Positions 22,681 through 35,829 of a stretch of DNA of 64,000 bases are shown piece after piece. Location of the stretch: the NCBI RefSeq assembly GCF_006345805.1, contig NC_043021.1:3100001-3164000 (forward strand), given 5' to 3'. The position numbers and the translations under genes were made by a program. The stretch is from Octopus sinensis. Its lineage: Eukaryota. The notes beneath the pieces were generated by a model that ran no database searches, was not told the origin of the DNA, and saw nothing but the letters and a program-made list of their open reading frames with translations. Each line of letters opens with the position of its first letter. Position 1 is the stretch's first letter.

Positions 22681-25600
22681 TACCCAGGTTGCTGCTCTAC
22701 TATTTACCCCATCATCTTTCCAAATTTTCCATCACTGTAAACTAAATACCTATTTCAAACAGTCTGCGTCTTTGCCAAATTTTACTAAAATCAATAGTAA
22801 TGTGGAGAAACATCATCATTGATTCAAAAATTAACCATTCTTTCACAAGACAACTTGGCATTTTCCTAGCTTTACTTGGACAACAGTCTCTGAAATTATA
22901 TAGACATTTCTTTTTTTTTTTTTTTTTTTTTTTGTTGCTTAATTTTATTTTATTTATTTATTTATTTAAGCCTTGTTTAAATTTTTTCTTTAAAAAGTAG
23001 AATCATCCTTTACTTTCCTTTTCCTCTTAGTGTCTTTATAGGCAGTGCAATGGGGGTGGGGGTGAGACTGAGACAGACTGACAATAAATGTCATTAACAC
23101 ATCTAGCACAATCAGTCATTAATTTTCACAAGCTGCATCAAACTAATTATTAGGTGAGAGAAAGAAAGACTGTGCCAGCCAGTGACTATTATGCCTCTTA
23201 CCCTTCCACTTCACAAATATCGCAATCTTTATTGGGTTTTTTCTTCTTTTTTTTCTTCTTTCATTTCCTCTGAACTCTTTGCTATTTCATTTGTCATTAG
23301 GCCATACTTTAATTTCCTTCTTAATTCTTTTGATGTGTATGTGGATATAATAACTTGTGCCTTGGGAGATAAAAATGTTTATGGCATACACCTGCATTTA
23401 AGTCGATCAGCAAATTTTTGTCAGATATCATTAGTGTTTATTTAGTCTGATTGGTCTGTACATTATATACATACAGTATCAAGTGTGCACATTATGATCT
23501 TTTTTTTTTAATGATAGAAGACCAGTTATTTTAAGCTTCATAGTAAATGCTTGTCCTAGAGTAAGGAGCTAAAAACCTGCGCTGTTAGTTGGCTCTTGTA
23601 CAGACTATAAACTTTCTTTCTAACTGTATACTTTTGCACAAAGTATGTCAGTAGCTGAGATAACTAGCAAACTCATTTGTCAAGTTCTCTTCAGTGTTGC
23701 CATGGCTTGCATCAATCAGCCTAGTTGTCCAACAACTCTCAGATTAGAAATCAAGTTAGCCATGAGTTATTAGTGGCCTGAGAGTCTGCTTGCATCCTGA
23801 AGTCAGTCAAGGGATGGAAGGTTTATCATCCACATATCTTATTGGTGATAATTTCTGTCAGGGTTCAAGTGAAGAGAAGATGGATCATTCTTGAGAATTT
23901 ACTTTCCATAAATTATCTTGTTTTATTATTCACAGTCTATTGAACTCATCAATATCATTCCAAGCTTTGTTTTCATTGCTTTAAACAGTTTTAGATGTAT
24001 TCCCTGCTGTGAAGTAGGTATGTGTATCACAGTTTCAATTCAGCAACCAGGCGTTCTGCGTCACTTCATTTGATGTGGTTTTTTAACCCTTTCAACACTA
24101 TGAATGTTCTCTTTCTCTTGGTAACATTAACTACCAACATTATGTGAAGAAGAGAAAACGGAATAAGGGAAACATTCCATGAATTTGCTCCAGATTGTAA
24201 TTAATTTTATCTTCAATTCCAGTGAAATGTTTCTCTTTGTAATATATCTAATTAATAAAAGTTAGAGGTGAAATCATTCTGAAGATTTCTAAAAAGAATG
24301 AAATAGTGCTAAATATGATTATCAGCTACTAGAAATAGTAAGAACTTTCTAATAGAACTCTGTGCATCTTCCTTGTATTTCTTTATTTCAAATTCAAATT
24401 TCTAATCCCGCCTCTTGTTGTTGGGATGAGATAGTTACCTCCCTTTTATCAACAGCCATAGCCATAGGGCAGCACATATATTTCAATGATTTTTGAGTTT
24501 TGTAAAATAACTTCCCCTCAATTCCTTTAATATATTAAGTTGGTCCTTAAAAATAACATTCTGATGACAGTTTTACCTGTAATAAAAAGATTTCAGTTGA
24601 AATTTAAAGTGTGCTTCATTACATGTGGTTTTGGGTAGTTTGGTCAGAGACAGGATTTGACCAGAGTCTACATCGTTTAGAGGAGGAATAACCTTTGTTG
24701 TATTGGTTGGGGGGGGGGGCTGATACAGTTTCAGTGTGTTGTAATAATTGATACTTGTTTTATTGATCCCCAAGTGGTTGAAAGGCAAAGTCAACCTGAG
24801 GTTTTGAAACTAAATACTGTACTATGTTCTACTTTTTCTGCCTGTTGACCAATCTAACTTTCCTGTTCTTGAGCAAAACACCTTCACCATTGCTCTGCGA
24901 TTTCTTCAACACCTGACGTGTGGCACACTTGCGCACCTGTTCAGACAACGTTACTTTAACGACGGGAGTGAGCTAATGTGCAACACAAATACATTTGGTC
25001 ACTATAAACTAATCATTTGTGCAGGTCATTTGGCAAAAGCTGAACACTCGCACACTGTCTTCAACAGGAGAGTCTATTGTATTGTTATTATTATTATTAT
25101 TATAACAACAACAACATCAGTATTTTTCTTCTATACTACTTACCACAAACAACAATGGTATTCTGTCTCTTTCCTTATCTCTGAAATCTTTTATTCCCAT
25201 TCTCTTACCTACTGCTGGTGACTCTCCCTTGCTTCCCTTTCTCTTTCTCTCGCTTCTTCTAACAATTGCACCAACCAGCCATTTTTCTTCTGCTCACAAC
25301 ACCCACTACCCTTCTGTTACCTCTCTTAATTTCTCTTAAATATACTTTCTTGCAATCTCTCTCTCCCTCTTTCACTCTCTCCCTCTTTCACTCACTCACT
25401 CACACACACACACACTTCTGATAACTGCACATCTTCCTTGAAGTATTTAACTCAGACTTGTGTTTAAAGTAGATGGCAACATGCTTGTAAAATTTTATCT
25501 AACTCCCTCGACTATTTCTGCCATCCAAAGCCCCACCATTATGATTTCACTGCCATCCACTAAACATGCAGCTCCAGATGCCATTTTTCCCTTGAGAATC

Positions 25601-26011
25601 ACAACATCTCAGAAAGGTTTCAATTCCCAAAAGATTCTACTTGACGTAGGCTGAAAATTCAGCCTTGTATTTTAGTAGTTGACATCCCAGTATAGATATT
25701 ACTACAAACATGTTGTTGTAGCTTAGCTACTACATCACTGATACTACCACCGTATCAGTGTATGGTTACCAATCTTGTAAAACATGACATTAGTAGTATA
25801 TTCGTATGGTAGTACGGTTTGTTATTGCTTCATTATTTATTGATTCAGAAGCAAGATTTGTGCAGAAAGCCTTGGAATACAAAGATTTGTTGGTTATAGT
25901 AACTGTAGTGGTGGTGAGCTCCAAATCAGTCCTAGTCCAGCAGATTTATAATCCTAATTATGACCACCTTGAGTGTGTGTATAAGTATGTATGTGTGTGT
26001 GTATATATATA

Positions 26012-26373
26012 TACTAGCAGTATCGTCCGGCGTTGCTCAGGTTTGTAAGGGAAATAACTATAAAGCATTTTTAGAGAGTTATAGCCAAAAAATAGCAAAA
26101 AAATGGAAAAAAATGATGGTAAATTTTTTTTTTAGTTAAAAAAGGTGGAGTTGCGTCCCCTAGACAGTTTGCGGTTTGTGTTTCTGATTCTCGACCCCAT
26201 GTCGAATTTATCGATTTTTTTCAGAACTGGGGGAACTTTTAAAAATTTTCGCTGCATTAGTTTTGAATTATGACATTGGGCTATGTGTGTGTCAAGTTTC
26301 ATCAGAATCGGTTGAAAGCCGTGGTCAGGGTGAGGGTACAAGCAAACAGACAAACTGCCGTTTATATATAGAG

Positions 26374-26375
<2 letters not shown>
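26012..26375 (+). mobile_element. Non-autonomous Helitron/Helentron-like element inserted in (TA)n
   Basis: 5' TACTAGCAGTATCGTCCGGCGTTGCTCAGG hairpin; 3' CAAACAGACAAACTGCCGTTTATATATAGAGAT. Confidence 0.7.
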
Positions 26376-26436
<61 letters not shown>

Positions 26437-26444
26437 TCAGTGAG

Positions 26445-26790
26445 TGTGTAGACAGGTACAGTTTTACAGCCATATGGCTTTGTGTTCAGTCGCACTGCAT
26501 AGCATCTTAAATAAGTGCCTTTTATGGCCCCAGGCCAACTATTGTCTTGTGAATTTTGCAGACAGAAGCCATGTGAAAGCTTGTCGTATGTGTGCATGTA
26601 TTTGTCCCCCAACCACACTTGACCACTGATTTGTTTATGCCCCCCTGTAACTTAGTGGTTCAGCAAAAGGTACCGATAGAATAAGTATCCAACTTAAAAA
26701 AAGTTTTGGTATCATTTTGTTCAACAAAGTCCTTTAAGGCAGTGCTCCAGCATGGCTGCAGCCCAATATCTGAATCAGCTAAGAGATAAG
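26445..26790 (+). mobile_element. Family A SINE, degenerate
   Basis: GTTCAGTCGCACTGCA...GATAGAATAAGTA...GTGCTCCAGCATGGCTGCAG. Confidence 0.65.
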
Positions 26791-27556
26791 ATATCTAGGA
26801 CAACATTATCCAATATATCCTTCCAGTTTTTTTTTAAATAGCAGTGTAATTTAAAGGAGATTTGACTGTCTTTTCAGCTGAGCCAACAACTGTGTAAAGA
26901 CTCACTTGCTGCCTGTTAGTGGTTTAGTTCATAGTAGATTACACAGGGCTGAACTTAACCAGCCAATAAAACACTGGTGCTTTCTAGTTTGTAACCCTGA
27001 GTCTTTTGCTTGCATGGTGGAACAATGTTCTGTTGGGGATGGTGAAGCATTATTTTACAGTTATCAAAAAAGCCCTATTTTACTGATGTCAACAAAATAT
27101 GTTCTGAATTCTAATAATGTCATTATTTTATTTATTAATGGCAGAAGCATGACTGTTTGGTTGAGATGGTTGCTTCCTGATTATATGGCTTTGGATTCAG
27201 TTCTACTGCATGGCACCTTCCCAAGGAAATGAATACAAGTGGATGACACTGACACACATTTACAACTACCACACAATGTTACGACAAGGACCCACACACA
27301 TGATGGGCTTCTTTCAGTTTGTGTCTACCAAATTCACTCACAAAGCTCTGGTTGACCCCCAAGCTTCAAGATTTGGATGATGTGGTTGTTTATATTTAGA
27401 ATGACATTGCAGGGACATGTACGAAAGACCAGGCCTGTTTTGTTCTGTTTTATGTTAAAACTGACCAGATCCAATCTCTCATACCTATCCGACAATGTCA
27501 TTCTCAACATAGAAACACATCATTGAAATCTTGAAGCCACAATTAATTCAAAGCTA

Positions 27557-27916
27557 TCATCATCATCATCATCATCATCATTTAGCGTCCGCTTTCCCTG
27601 CTAGCATGGGTTGAACAGTTCAACTTGGGTCTGTGAAGCCAGAAGGCTGCATCAGGCCCAGTCTGATCTGGCAGTGTTTCTACGGCTGGATGCCCTTCTA
27701 ACGCCAACCACTCCGTGAGTGTAGTGGGTGCATTTTACGTGCCACCTGCACAGGTGCCAGACGGAGCTGGCAAACGGCCACGGACGGATGGTGCTTTTTA
27801 CGTGCCACCAGTACGGGGCCAGGCAAGGCTGGCAACGGCCACGAATGGATGGTGCTTTTTACGTGCCACCAGTACGGGGCCAGGCAAGGCTGGCAACGGC
27901 CACGAATGGATGGTGG
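27557..27916 (-). mobile_element. Family B RTE-like 3' end with ~60-bp tandem units
   Basis: (CAT)n-TTTAGCGTCCG...; about 3 GGATGGTGCTTTTTACGTGCCACC units. Confidence 0.85.
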
Positions 27917-29020
27917 TATGTGAATAAATAAACAATATATTTAACAAAAGAATCTGAACACTAAAAGGTAACTGGCATTAGCTTTGTCTTTGGGATGATA
28001 ATACAGACAGAGAGGCATGGCTGTGTGCTTAAGAAGTTCACAACCACAGTGGGGGCTGACCAATGCTTTGTGTGTGAATTTGGTAGATGGAAATTGTGTG
28101 GACGCCTGTTGTGTGTGTGTGGTGTGTTTGTTTACCTTTGTATTTTTCTGAAAATCCCTCACCTACAAGTTGTGTCAGTGTTTTCATTGCCTCAGTCAAT
28201 GAATTATCTGCTGGCTCTGCACTTTCATGAGACTCTCTACTTGAAAAATAGCTAATGGTTAGCAGCATGAAGGACATCTGGCTATAGAACAATTCCTCAA
28301 TGATACATTCAGCTAACCCATGCTAGCACAGAAAATGGACATAAAAACAAATGGATGGACTTGCAGCTTAGAACAGTATTTCCCAAAATGTTTCGAGAAT
28401 TTTTGCAAACTATCTTATGTTTTTAATCGTTCCAAAAAAATTATATTTTGACTTTTAAGATGGCAATCTGCTGTTGGAAAGGCTGCACAAATTGAAAATA
28501 TTTAGATGTAAAATATTCTGGTAAACTGTTTTGTGGGAATTATTGATTTCTTCCTGAGGCCAAAAAAAAAAAAAAAAATCAATTTTTAGAGGGTGTGTAG
28601 GTTTGATTCAGTTTGCGCTTCAAATATTTCTTGTGGTACTTTGAGGTGATGGTGGTAGTGGTGGTGGGGATGTTGTGTTCTAGCATACTGTTTAGCAAAA
28701 TATTGTTGTGTTCACATGTATTTCTTTATATTTAGAAGTCTCAATTCAATCGACAAGTTAAACTGCCTATAGAACAGCCCCTTAAGTATACCCAGCTATG
28801 TACATTCACACACACAGGCAGCATGACTATTTAAATTGTTGTGAATATTGTATATTGTAAATATGCCTATTGTTATGCTATTGGTGTTAGCAATGGCATA
28901 TTTTCAATATACAACATTCGTGATAACAATTTTGCATCTTGCTATAACGCTAACATGTTTACATGTCTTACATGAGGATTTTATAACCCCCCTCCACACA
29001 CACTCACACACTTTCTGTAT

Positions 29021-29256
29021 ATCTATTTCTTTACTACCCACAAGGGGCTAAACACAGAGGGGACAAACAAGGACAGACACATGGATTAAGTCGATTATAT
29101 CAACCCCAGTGCGTAACTGGTACTTAATTTATCGACCCCGAAAGGATGAAAGGCAAAGTCGACCTCGGCGGAATTTGAACTCAGAACGTAACGGCAGATG
29201 AAATGCGGCTACGCATTTCGCCCGACGTGCTAACATTTCTGCCAGCTCGCCGCCTT
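29021..29256 (-). mobile_element. Family C tRNA-derived SINE, young, with about 13-bp target-site duplication
   Basis: On the minus strand: head GGCGGCGAGCTGGCAGAA, B-box GAGTTCAAATTCC, central GCCTTTCATCCTTTCGGGGTCGATAAA domain. CTTTCTGTATATC is repeated at 29011 and 29254. Confidence 0.9.
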
Positions 29257-29399
29257 TCTGTATATCAAGTACTCCTCCTAAAGATCTCTTCATTATGGGT
29301 TTGAGTAGGTTCTTTGTTTTTCCACCTCACCATTGCTAGTCTGTCTCACACCAAGAGAGGCAACTACCATTAAAAGTGATCTTCATCACCAATTTTGCC

Positions 29400-29570
29400 A
29401 ACATTGTCATTTACTTTGGCGGGGCTTAAAACAATTATTTGCAATCTCGGCAAACCACTAGAGGTATTGATAGTGATTTCTTTAAACTCGTTATATATCT
29501 TAATCTGGTGATAAGCACATTGGAGATTAAATTTTGCAAAATATTTCATCATCCTAGCTAACGAGTGAAA
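29400..29570 (-). mobile_element. Gypsy-type reverse transcriptase fragment
   Basis: KYFAKFNLQCAYHQIKIYNEFKEITINTSSGL resembles FSKLDL..AYHQI...TINT..G. Confidence 0.6.
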
Positions 29571-29796
29571 GGCAGATTCAGGGTTAGGGTTGAATAAGAA
29601 TTCAAGCAAATCTGGTGATTACTTTATAATCATTGCAGATACGTAAATCTCCTCTGATTTTTTTTACAACTATATCAGAGAAGACCCACTTAACTACCAC
29701 TAGGTAGAGCATGTTTTTATATGCTCTGTCAAATCATTCCTTGTAATTTAATACTAGTGAAAAACTATGAACTTTTCTAAGATTCTTTCATTTCAG

Positions 29797-29837
29797 CAAG
29801 TCAGTCTTCCACCTCAGATGACAATGAAGCTGATTAA
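29797..29837 (+). CDS. Candidate terminal coding exon (xSQSSTSDDNEAD*)
   Basis: Acceptor GATTCTTTCATTTCAG followed by 12 codons and TAA; no homology evidence. Confidence 0.2.
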
Positions 29838-30476
29838 TATTGTACTATTAATATGTAATACAATATTGATATGTAATACATGCCACCTTAAATATATTTA
29901 GTCACGTACAAGCACAAAAGCATGCACTAATATTGATGTTTCGATGACATGCCACAGTCCACAGCCACTGGTGTAATTTCATATTGAATTCCTGTTTCTA
30001 GAGTGCTGTCAGCGAATACCCAGCATTTTAAAAATTGATCAATTAAACTGGTCAAGTAGCTGATTGCTTTTGTAAAGTTGGCCAATGAGTACACCACATG
30101 AAATTAAAGGTAATCTCGCTAGTGGTATCTCCTTGCATATCTAAACAGATGTTACGAAGTTTATCTTGGAAAGAGCTAGTTGTATTTCCTCTTTGCTCTG
30201 TGTCAAAGCTTTGCCATATTCCATATTTTTCAAGTAGAAGCAGGAGAATGACTCTTTTTGTTGCATAATTTACATTCAGAAAATTTCTTCCTTTCGGTCA
30301 GGCAATTCTTGGCCCAGCTTCCTAAGAAATATCGACTCTGTTAAAGTTCAGTATCATTCCATGTCCATGTGTGAAATTTTTGACATACTTCCCAACTGCA
30401 GCTGTTCCAACAGCCTTGGTCTGTAGGATGTATAATAAATGCTCTCAATGAGTTCATTTGTATCAGTTCCTCTTAA

Positions 30477-30686
30477 CCCTTTTGTTACCAACCCGGCTGA
30501 AACCGGCTCTAGCAGTGAGTACAAATGTTTTGTTTTCATAAGTTTTGAATTGAAATCTTCCACCAAACCTTAGTCACAATTTATCACTAGCTTAATGATA
30601 ACAGTTAATTTACAAAATTCTTTGTTATATTTAAAGTAATTGAAAGAAACACAGAGCATCTCAAAATAAATACAGTAACGAAAGGG
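30477..30686. mobile_element. piggyBac-like MITE family 2
   Basis: TTAA-CCCTTTTGTTACC ... AGTAACGAAAGGG-TTAA. Confidence 0.85.
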
Positions 30687-31589
30687 TTAATCATAAAATT
30701 TAGACCCACTGTCATGACAACAATGCTGAAATTTTATAAGGGACTCAGATGATTCATGATGCAACGACATAAATTTAGTTTTTGTTTTGCAAGGCCCAGT
30801 TTTTTTTTTTTTTAGATCTCACATTTCTCATGTTTTTTAAATTTTTTTTCAATTTTTTAATAGTGAAGCATGTGTCCGCCATTTGTTTCAGACAAACTAT
30901 TGGTGAAACATTCAGTAAAAATCATATTGCTTTTGCACTGCCATGTTCTTCAATATCTTAATGCTTTTGTTTTAGTGGAGGTTGCAAAACCGCTTAAGCA
31001 TGTTTCAACATGGTCAAGATTGACCAACATGATTTGGATTCTAGTTACAATGCAATTCTAGTTGTGTTGCGACGTACAGAGCTTAAACTGTTATGGTTAC
31101 ATGAAATCCTTTCCATTCTGTTGTTTCCATCAACTGATGTGTCAAACACTGTCTGTGTAGCTAAGAGTCACTTTGATACATCTGGTCAATGGCAAACACA
31201 CAAGCAAATAGCAGGCACCTTTATTAACTTATGAATAACATATTTACAATATGCAATATTCACAAATAATTAAGCACAACACAGCATGTATTGGTTATTC
31301 TGAAATTTTTGAGATGCACCTATAATTTTTAAATTATATACTGCACTGCAAAATGAATATTAATTTTAACACATTTTTATATTCCTGTGTTGACAGAAAA
31401 ATATTGCAATTATTTTGGCTAGTTTCATTTCTAATTGGGAATTCATCAGAGATCAAATGTCCTAATTTTCTGTTCACAAAGAAATTGACTGCTTGTAACA
31501 ATTTATATCCAACACAAACCAGGATCCAGCTGAAATGGCCAGTCTGATGTACATAACCATGCATCTGTTGATAGTATGGTAATTTTGTG

Positions 31590-31920
31590 CACAGGCATAG
31601 TTGTGTGAGTTAAAAAGCTCACTTTTCACCATGTGATTTCAGGTTCACTTCCACTGCACAGAACCTTGGGCAAGTGTCTTCAACTATGACCCCCAGACTG
31701 GTCAATGCCTTGTCAGTGAATTTGGTAAATGGGAACTGTGCAAAAGCTCATCGTATGTCACTTGAGGCCTAATTTGGCTTATGTACCCATGACATAGCAG
31801 TTCAGCTTAAGAGACTGATAGAATATGTACCAGACTTAAAATGAAGTACTGGGGTTGATTTGCTTGACTAAACTTGTGTAGGTGGTGTCCCACAATGACT
31901 GAAACAAACAAAAGATAAGA
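31590..31920 (+). mobile_element. Family A SINE, degenerate
   Basis: GGGCAAGTGTCTTC...GATAGAATATGTAC...GACTGAAACAAACAAAAGA. Confidence 0.7.
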
Positions 31921-32454
31921 GAAAAGAGGGGCAACACAGCTTAAGTTTGATAATCTGAAATTTTTAAGGGTGGCGTATCTACAATTTTTAAATCATAAGC
32001 CTTACTACGAAGTATGTTTGTAAAGGTTATCAATCTCTCTACCGTATTATGCGATACATTTTATTTTGTCTTCTTTTTACGCATTCTTTATACGTAGTTA
32101 CCAATATCTTAGATTAGCTAAATAATAAAGAAACATGTGTATGTGTGTGTATGAGGAACTGGGGAGGGGTAAGTAGAGTTTTTTTGCTAGAGGAGATATT
32201 TAGGGTTGAAATTATGAATTTTTATATGCTTGATGGGTGTGAGTTCATCATATTGTTTAGAGTTGTATCTGTTGTTTATAATAAGATAAAAGGGTTAAGG
32301 ACTCTGCCATGAAGTAAAGTTATGTAAATTACTCAATTAATGAACAATACATTTATAATGGTAATTGGATCTATGTCTGTATGCTGTTACACTTTCAGTA
32401 ATTAGGCATTAAATGTACTTTGATAGTATGTAGCTCCTTTAACAGCTCACCATT

Positions 32455-32760
32455 CAGAAGTGCAGATGTAGCTGTGTGGTAAGAAGTTTACTTCCAACCA
32501 CATGGTTCCAGGTTCAGTCCCACTGTGTGACACTTTGGGCAAGTGTCTTCTACTATAGCCTCGGGCCAACCAAAGCCTTGTGAGTGGATTTGGTAGATAG
32601 AAATTGAAAAAAAAAACCTGTTTTATGTGTGTATGTATGCCCTTGAGTTTGCCCTCCAGCACTGGCTTATAACTAGTGTTGGTTTGTTTATGTTCCTGTA
32701 ACTTAGAGATTTGGCAAAATAAACCAATAGAATAGGTACCAGGTTTATTTTCAAAAATTA
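32455..32760 (+). mobile_element. Family A SINE, 3' truncated
   Basis: GCTGTGTGGTAAG...GGTTCAGTCCCACTG...AATAGAATAGGTACC. Confidence 0.75.
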
Positions 32761-33117
32761 GCGTTATCTTCAATGGAAGACCTAACCTGAATACTTACAA
32801 CAGAGTGAACTTTGTGAAAGGTACCCAGGTACCAAGTGATGATGTTAAACTAGGGTGATGGATTAAATCTTGGTCTGTTTGTGCTGAACTGTAAGGTTCT
32901 GAACATATGAAATACGTAAATGTTATTTTTTTTTGTTTTGTTTTGTTTATTTTTTTTATAGTTACTGCTAGAAAATATGTATGTCTCTAAATATGTAGAT
33001 GTAGTTGAGATTATAAAAAAAAATTTTCATTGTTAAATGTTTTTTATCCTGAGTTTAAAAAAGGAAAAGAAAACAAGATTGATTTCAGATCAGCTCATAA
33101 TTTCTACCATTGGTGAT

Positions 33118-33203
<86 letters not shown>

Positions 33204-33594
33204 ACTTTACATGTATGTGCTTTTGCATAGTAATGTGTATTAGTTTGTGACTGTGTGTGCATGTGTGTGTGTGTAGCAGTGAAATGTTGCAAATGGATGC
33301 TTTGACCAGCCACCATTACAAAACTACACAGAACAAAGAATTACTTTGTATCAACAATTTACTCTTCCAATTAGTCCATGATGTACTCCACTTGGGGACC
33401 ACTTTTTTATTTTATTTTATTTTTTTATATGTGTAACTGTTTTTCTGTTTGCATATCTGTTTTGTGTGTGTGTGTTTATCTATCTTACATGCAGTTGTGT
33501 GGTATTTGTACACATTTTGGTGTTTGTTGTGCACGAAGTGTGATGGATGGTTGAATGCATGTGTCCAGCAATAGCTTCATGGTATATGCACTGT

Positions 33595-33873
33595 TGTGTG
33601 AGAGTACAATCCCCCCCCCTCCCCAGCGAGAATGGACTGGACCACTACATATAAATAGTAGCAGTCTGAGTAAGTGAGGTAGTTCATGCTAGTTCCACAG
33701 TTCATGTGTTACTAGTTCAAAGTTGGAGTTCAGCGTTCACAGTTTGAGTTAGTGTGTTGGATTGTTGGTTCTTAAAAGATTGTTGCTACATTAACTGTGG
33801 TTACTGCCACTTGTTTCGATTATATTGTTATTACACTGTTGCAGTGTCTTCATTTATCCATAAGGATATAACA
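33595..33873 (+). repeat. 5' LTR
   Basis: TG...ACA ends; TATAAATA box; homologous to the repeat starting at 35592. Confidence 0.8.
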
Positions 33874-33907
33874 TCTGGTGATGAAGATTGTTCGAAACTC
33901 ACATTGG

Positions 33908-34960
33908 TTATGTGACAATTTCTACGTCATGGAAAACCTATTAGCCGCAGTAGTACAGCTTCAAGAGAAGCAACCAGAACAAGTACAGGATTTGCAAAAC
34001 AAATACTACAACAACAATTGGGTTACAGTCGGGAAATCCAAAAATCCAGTAAGCTTGTTTACGCCTGACAGCGTGGCTAACACAATTTCTGAATTTACAT
34101 ATAATTTGGAGGAGGGTATTATATTTCTCACATATTATAGAAATAGGGGGAAATTTTTAACAAGTGCAAGTCATATTCGGAGCAGCAGAAAGTAAGGCTT
34201 TTACTCTGCAAGGTATCTCCTGCCGAACCTTTACATTACTGTAACTTTATTCTGCCCAAAACGTTGAGTGAGATTGGTTTCCAAGAAACCGTGGAACTGC
34301 TTTCAAAAAATTTTTTGTGATAGAAGTTCATTATTCAACACCAGAATGGAGTGTTGGAACTTAACAAAAAATGAGGAAGATGATTTTGTTACCTACGCCA
34401 GAGTAGTCAACTGTATGTGTGAAAATTTCAAATTCCAGGATGTCACTCAGGATATGTTCAAATCACTTATGTTCGTGCTAGGATTTGTAGCACCTTAAGA
34501 CTGAGGAATTCAGGCATGGATTCTCTTGAAAATAGAGCAGGTGAACCAAGATTTATCTCTACAGACCACCATGGTAAATCTTTAACATAATGTGAAAAAA
34601 ATACAAGATAAAGACTCTGCAAAAATTCAAATGTGTCGTCCTGGGGAAGCACAATCAAAAAGTGTCAGACCCCAATCCATGTTGTGGTTGTTGTGGCCTA
34701 CACTACGAAAAGGATTGTCTGTTTAAAAACAAAAAGTGCTATAGTTGTCAGAAGCTGAGACACAGGAGTTCTCATTGTAGAATAAGACTGAGTCTCAAGC
34801 AAAAATTTCTAAGGTGTTTTCAATGGAGGGATTGCAATGGAAAAACAAGAAAATTTGTGCTTGTAAAAATAAAGGATGTGACTACCAAATTACAGTTAGA
34901 CACAGATAGTGACATCTCAATTATAAATGCGGATACTTGGGGGAAAAAAAATTGGTAAAT
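33908..34960 (+). pseudogene. gag: gag-protease remnant (frameshifts and stops)
   Basis: MENLLAAVVQLQ...; twin zinc knuckles CGCCGLHYEKDC and CYSCQKLRHRSSHC; protease-like LQLDTDSDISII. Confidence 0.8.
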
Positions 34961-35019
34961 CGAGATTATGTAAAACAGTAAAAATAGTGCGTGGTGTAAC
35001 GGGTGATAAATTACATTTC

Positions 35020-35520
35020 AAAGTACCGTTCGTGGAAATTGAAACCGTAAATGAAGAGTTGGACAGACTTGAAAAGAGTAGAGTCATCAAAAAGGTGGAT
35101 TACTCGAAGTGGACAGCACCCATAAATGTATTCTAAAAAAAAAGAGAGAGAGATTAGGCTGTGTCCCGGTTTCTCTACAGGTTTGAATGGCTGCTTAAAA
35201 ACATACCACCATCCACTCCTGACTGCAGAGGACAATTTTTTCAAAGTTAAATTGTGGGAAATTTTTTTTCCAAATTAGATCTGTCTGAAGCCTATTTACA
35301 GATAAAAGTAACTGAAAAATGCTCAGAGTATTTGACAATAAATACACACAGAGGAGTGTACAGATGCATACAATTACCTTTTGGATTAAAAGTGGCACCA
35401 GCAATATTCCAGCAAATCATGGATACTGAAATCATGTTATCTGATTGTGAATTTGCAATCCCAAACTTGGATGATATTTTGATCAAGAGTAATTCTTGGG
35501 AACAACGTAAAGCTGTTTAA
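35020..35520 (+). pseudogene. pol: Reverse transcriptase remnant, truncated after the catalytic DD
   Basis: KVDYSKWTAPI, FFSKLDLSEAYLQI, LPFGLKVAPAIFQQIMD, PNLDDILI. Confidence 0.85.
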
Positions 35521-35591
35521 GAAAATTAAAGTTTTCGGGTTCACTTTCAGTGAAGTAAAAAAAAGAAAAGGCGAATTCTCAAAAGGGGAGA

Positions 35592-35829
35592 TGTGCAAGA
35601 GTACGATGTCCCCTGGCAAGAATGGACTGGGCCACTACATATAAATAGTAGCGGTTTGAGTGAGGTAGTTGGTGTTAGTTCCACAGTTCGTGTATCGATA
35701 GTTCAGATTTGGAGTTCAAAGTTCACAGTTCGAGTTAGCAAAAGATCTTAAAAGATTGTTGTTATGTGTGGTTACTGCTTCAATTAAGTTGTTATTACAC
35801 TGTTGCCTAAGGATTATGAGAAGTATACA
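35592..35829 (+). repeat. 3' LTR (right boundary approximate)
   Basis: AGAATGGACTGGGCCACTACATATAAATAGTAGC...GTTATTACACTGTTG shared with the 5' LTR. Confidence 0.75.

Larger units (their letters stand above)
33595..35829 (+). mobile_element. Gypsy/Ty3 LTR retrotransposon, degenerate and internally deleted
   Basis: Two ~240-280 bp direct repeats start TGTG..AGAGTAC. PBS-like TCTGGTGATGAAG follows the 5' LTR and PPT AAAAGGGGAGA precedes the 3' LTR. Gag, protease and RT remnants lie between. Confidence 0.9.

Noticed and set aside
23080-23160. TAAT/ATTA-rich stretch resembling a homeodomain enhancer
   Set aside because: Such motifs are expected by chance in AT-rich DNA, and no conservation data are available.
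23780-23880. Minus-strand RYVDD motif suggesting another Penelope RT
   Set aside because: Only five residues match, and the flanks are too degraded to support a call.
31010-31234. 74-aa ORF in unique sequence
   Set aside because: No recognisable motif, the frame is closed upstream of the ATG, and there is no splice support.
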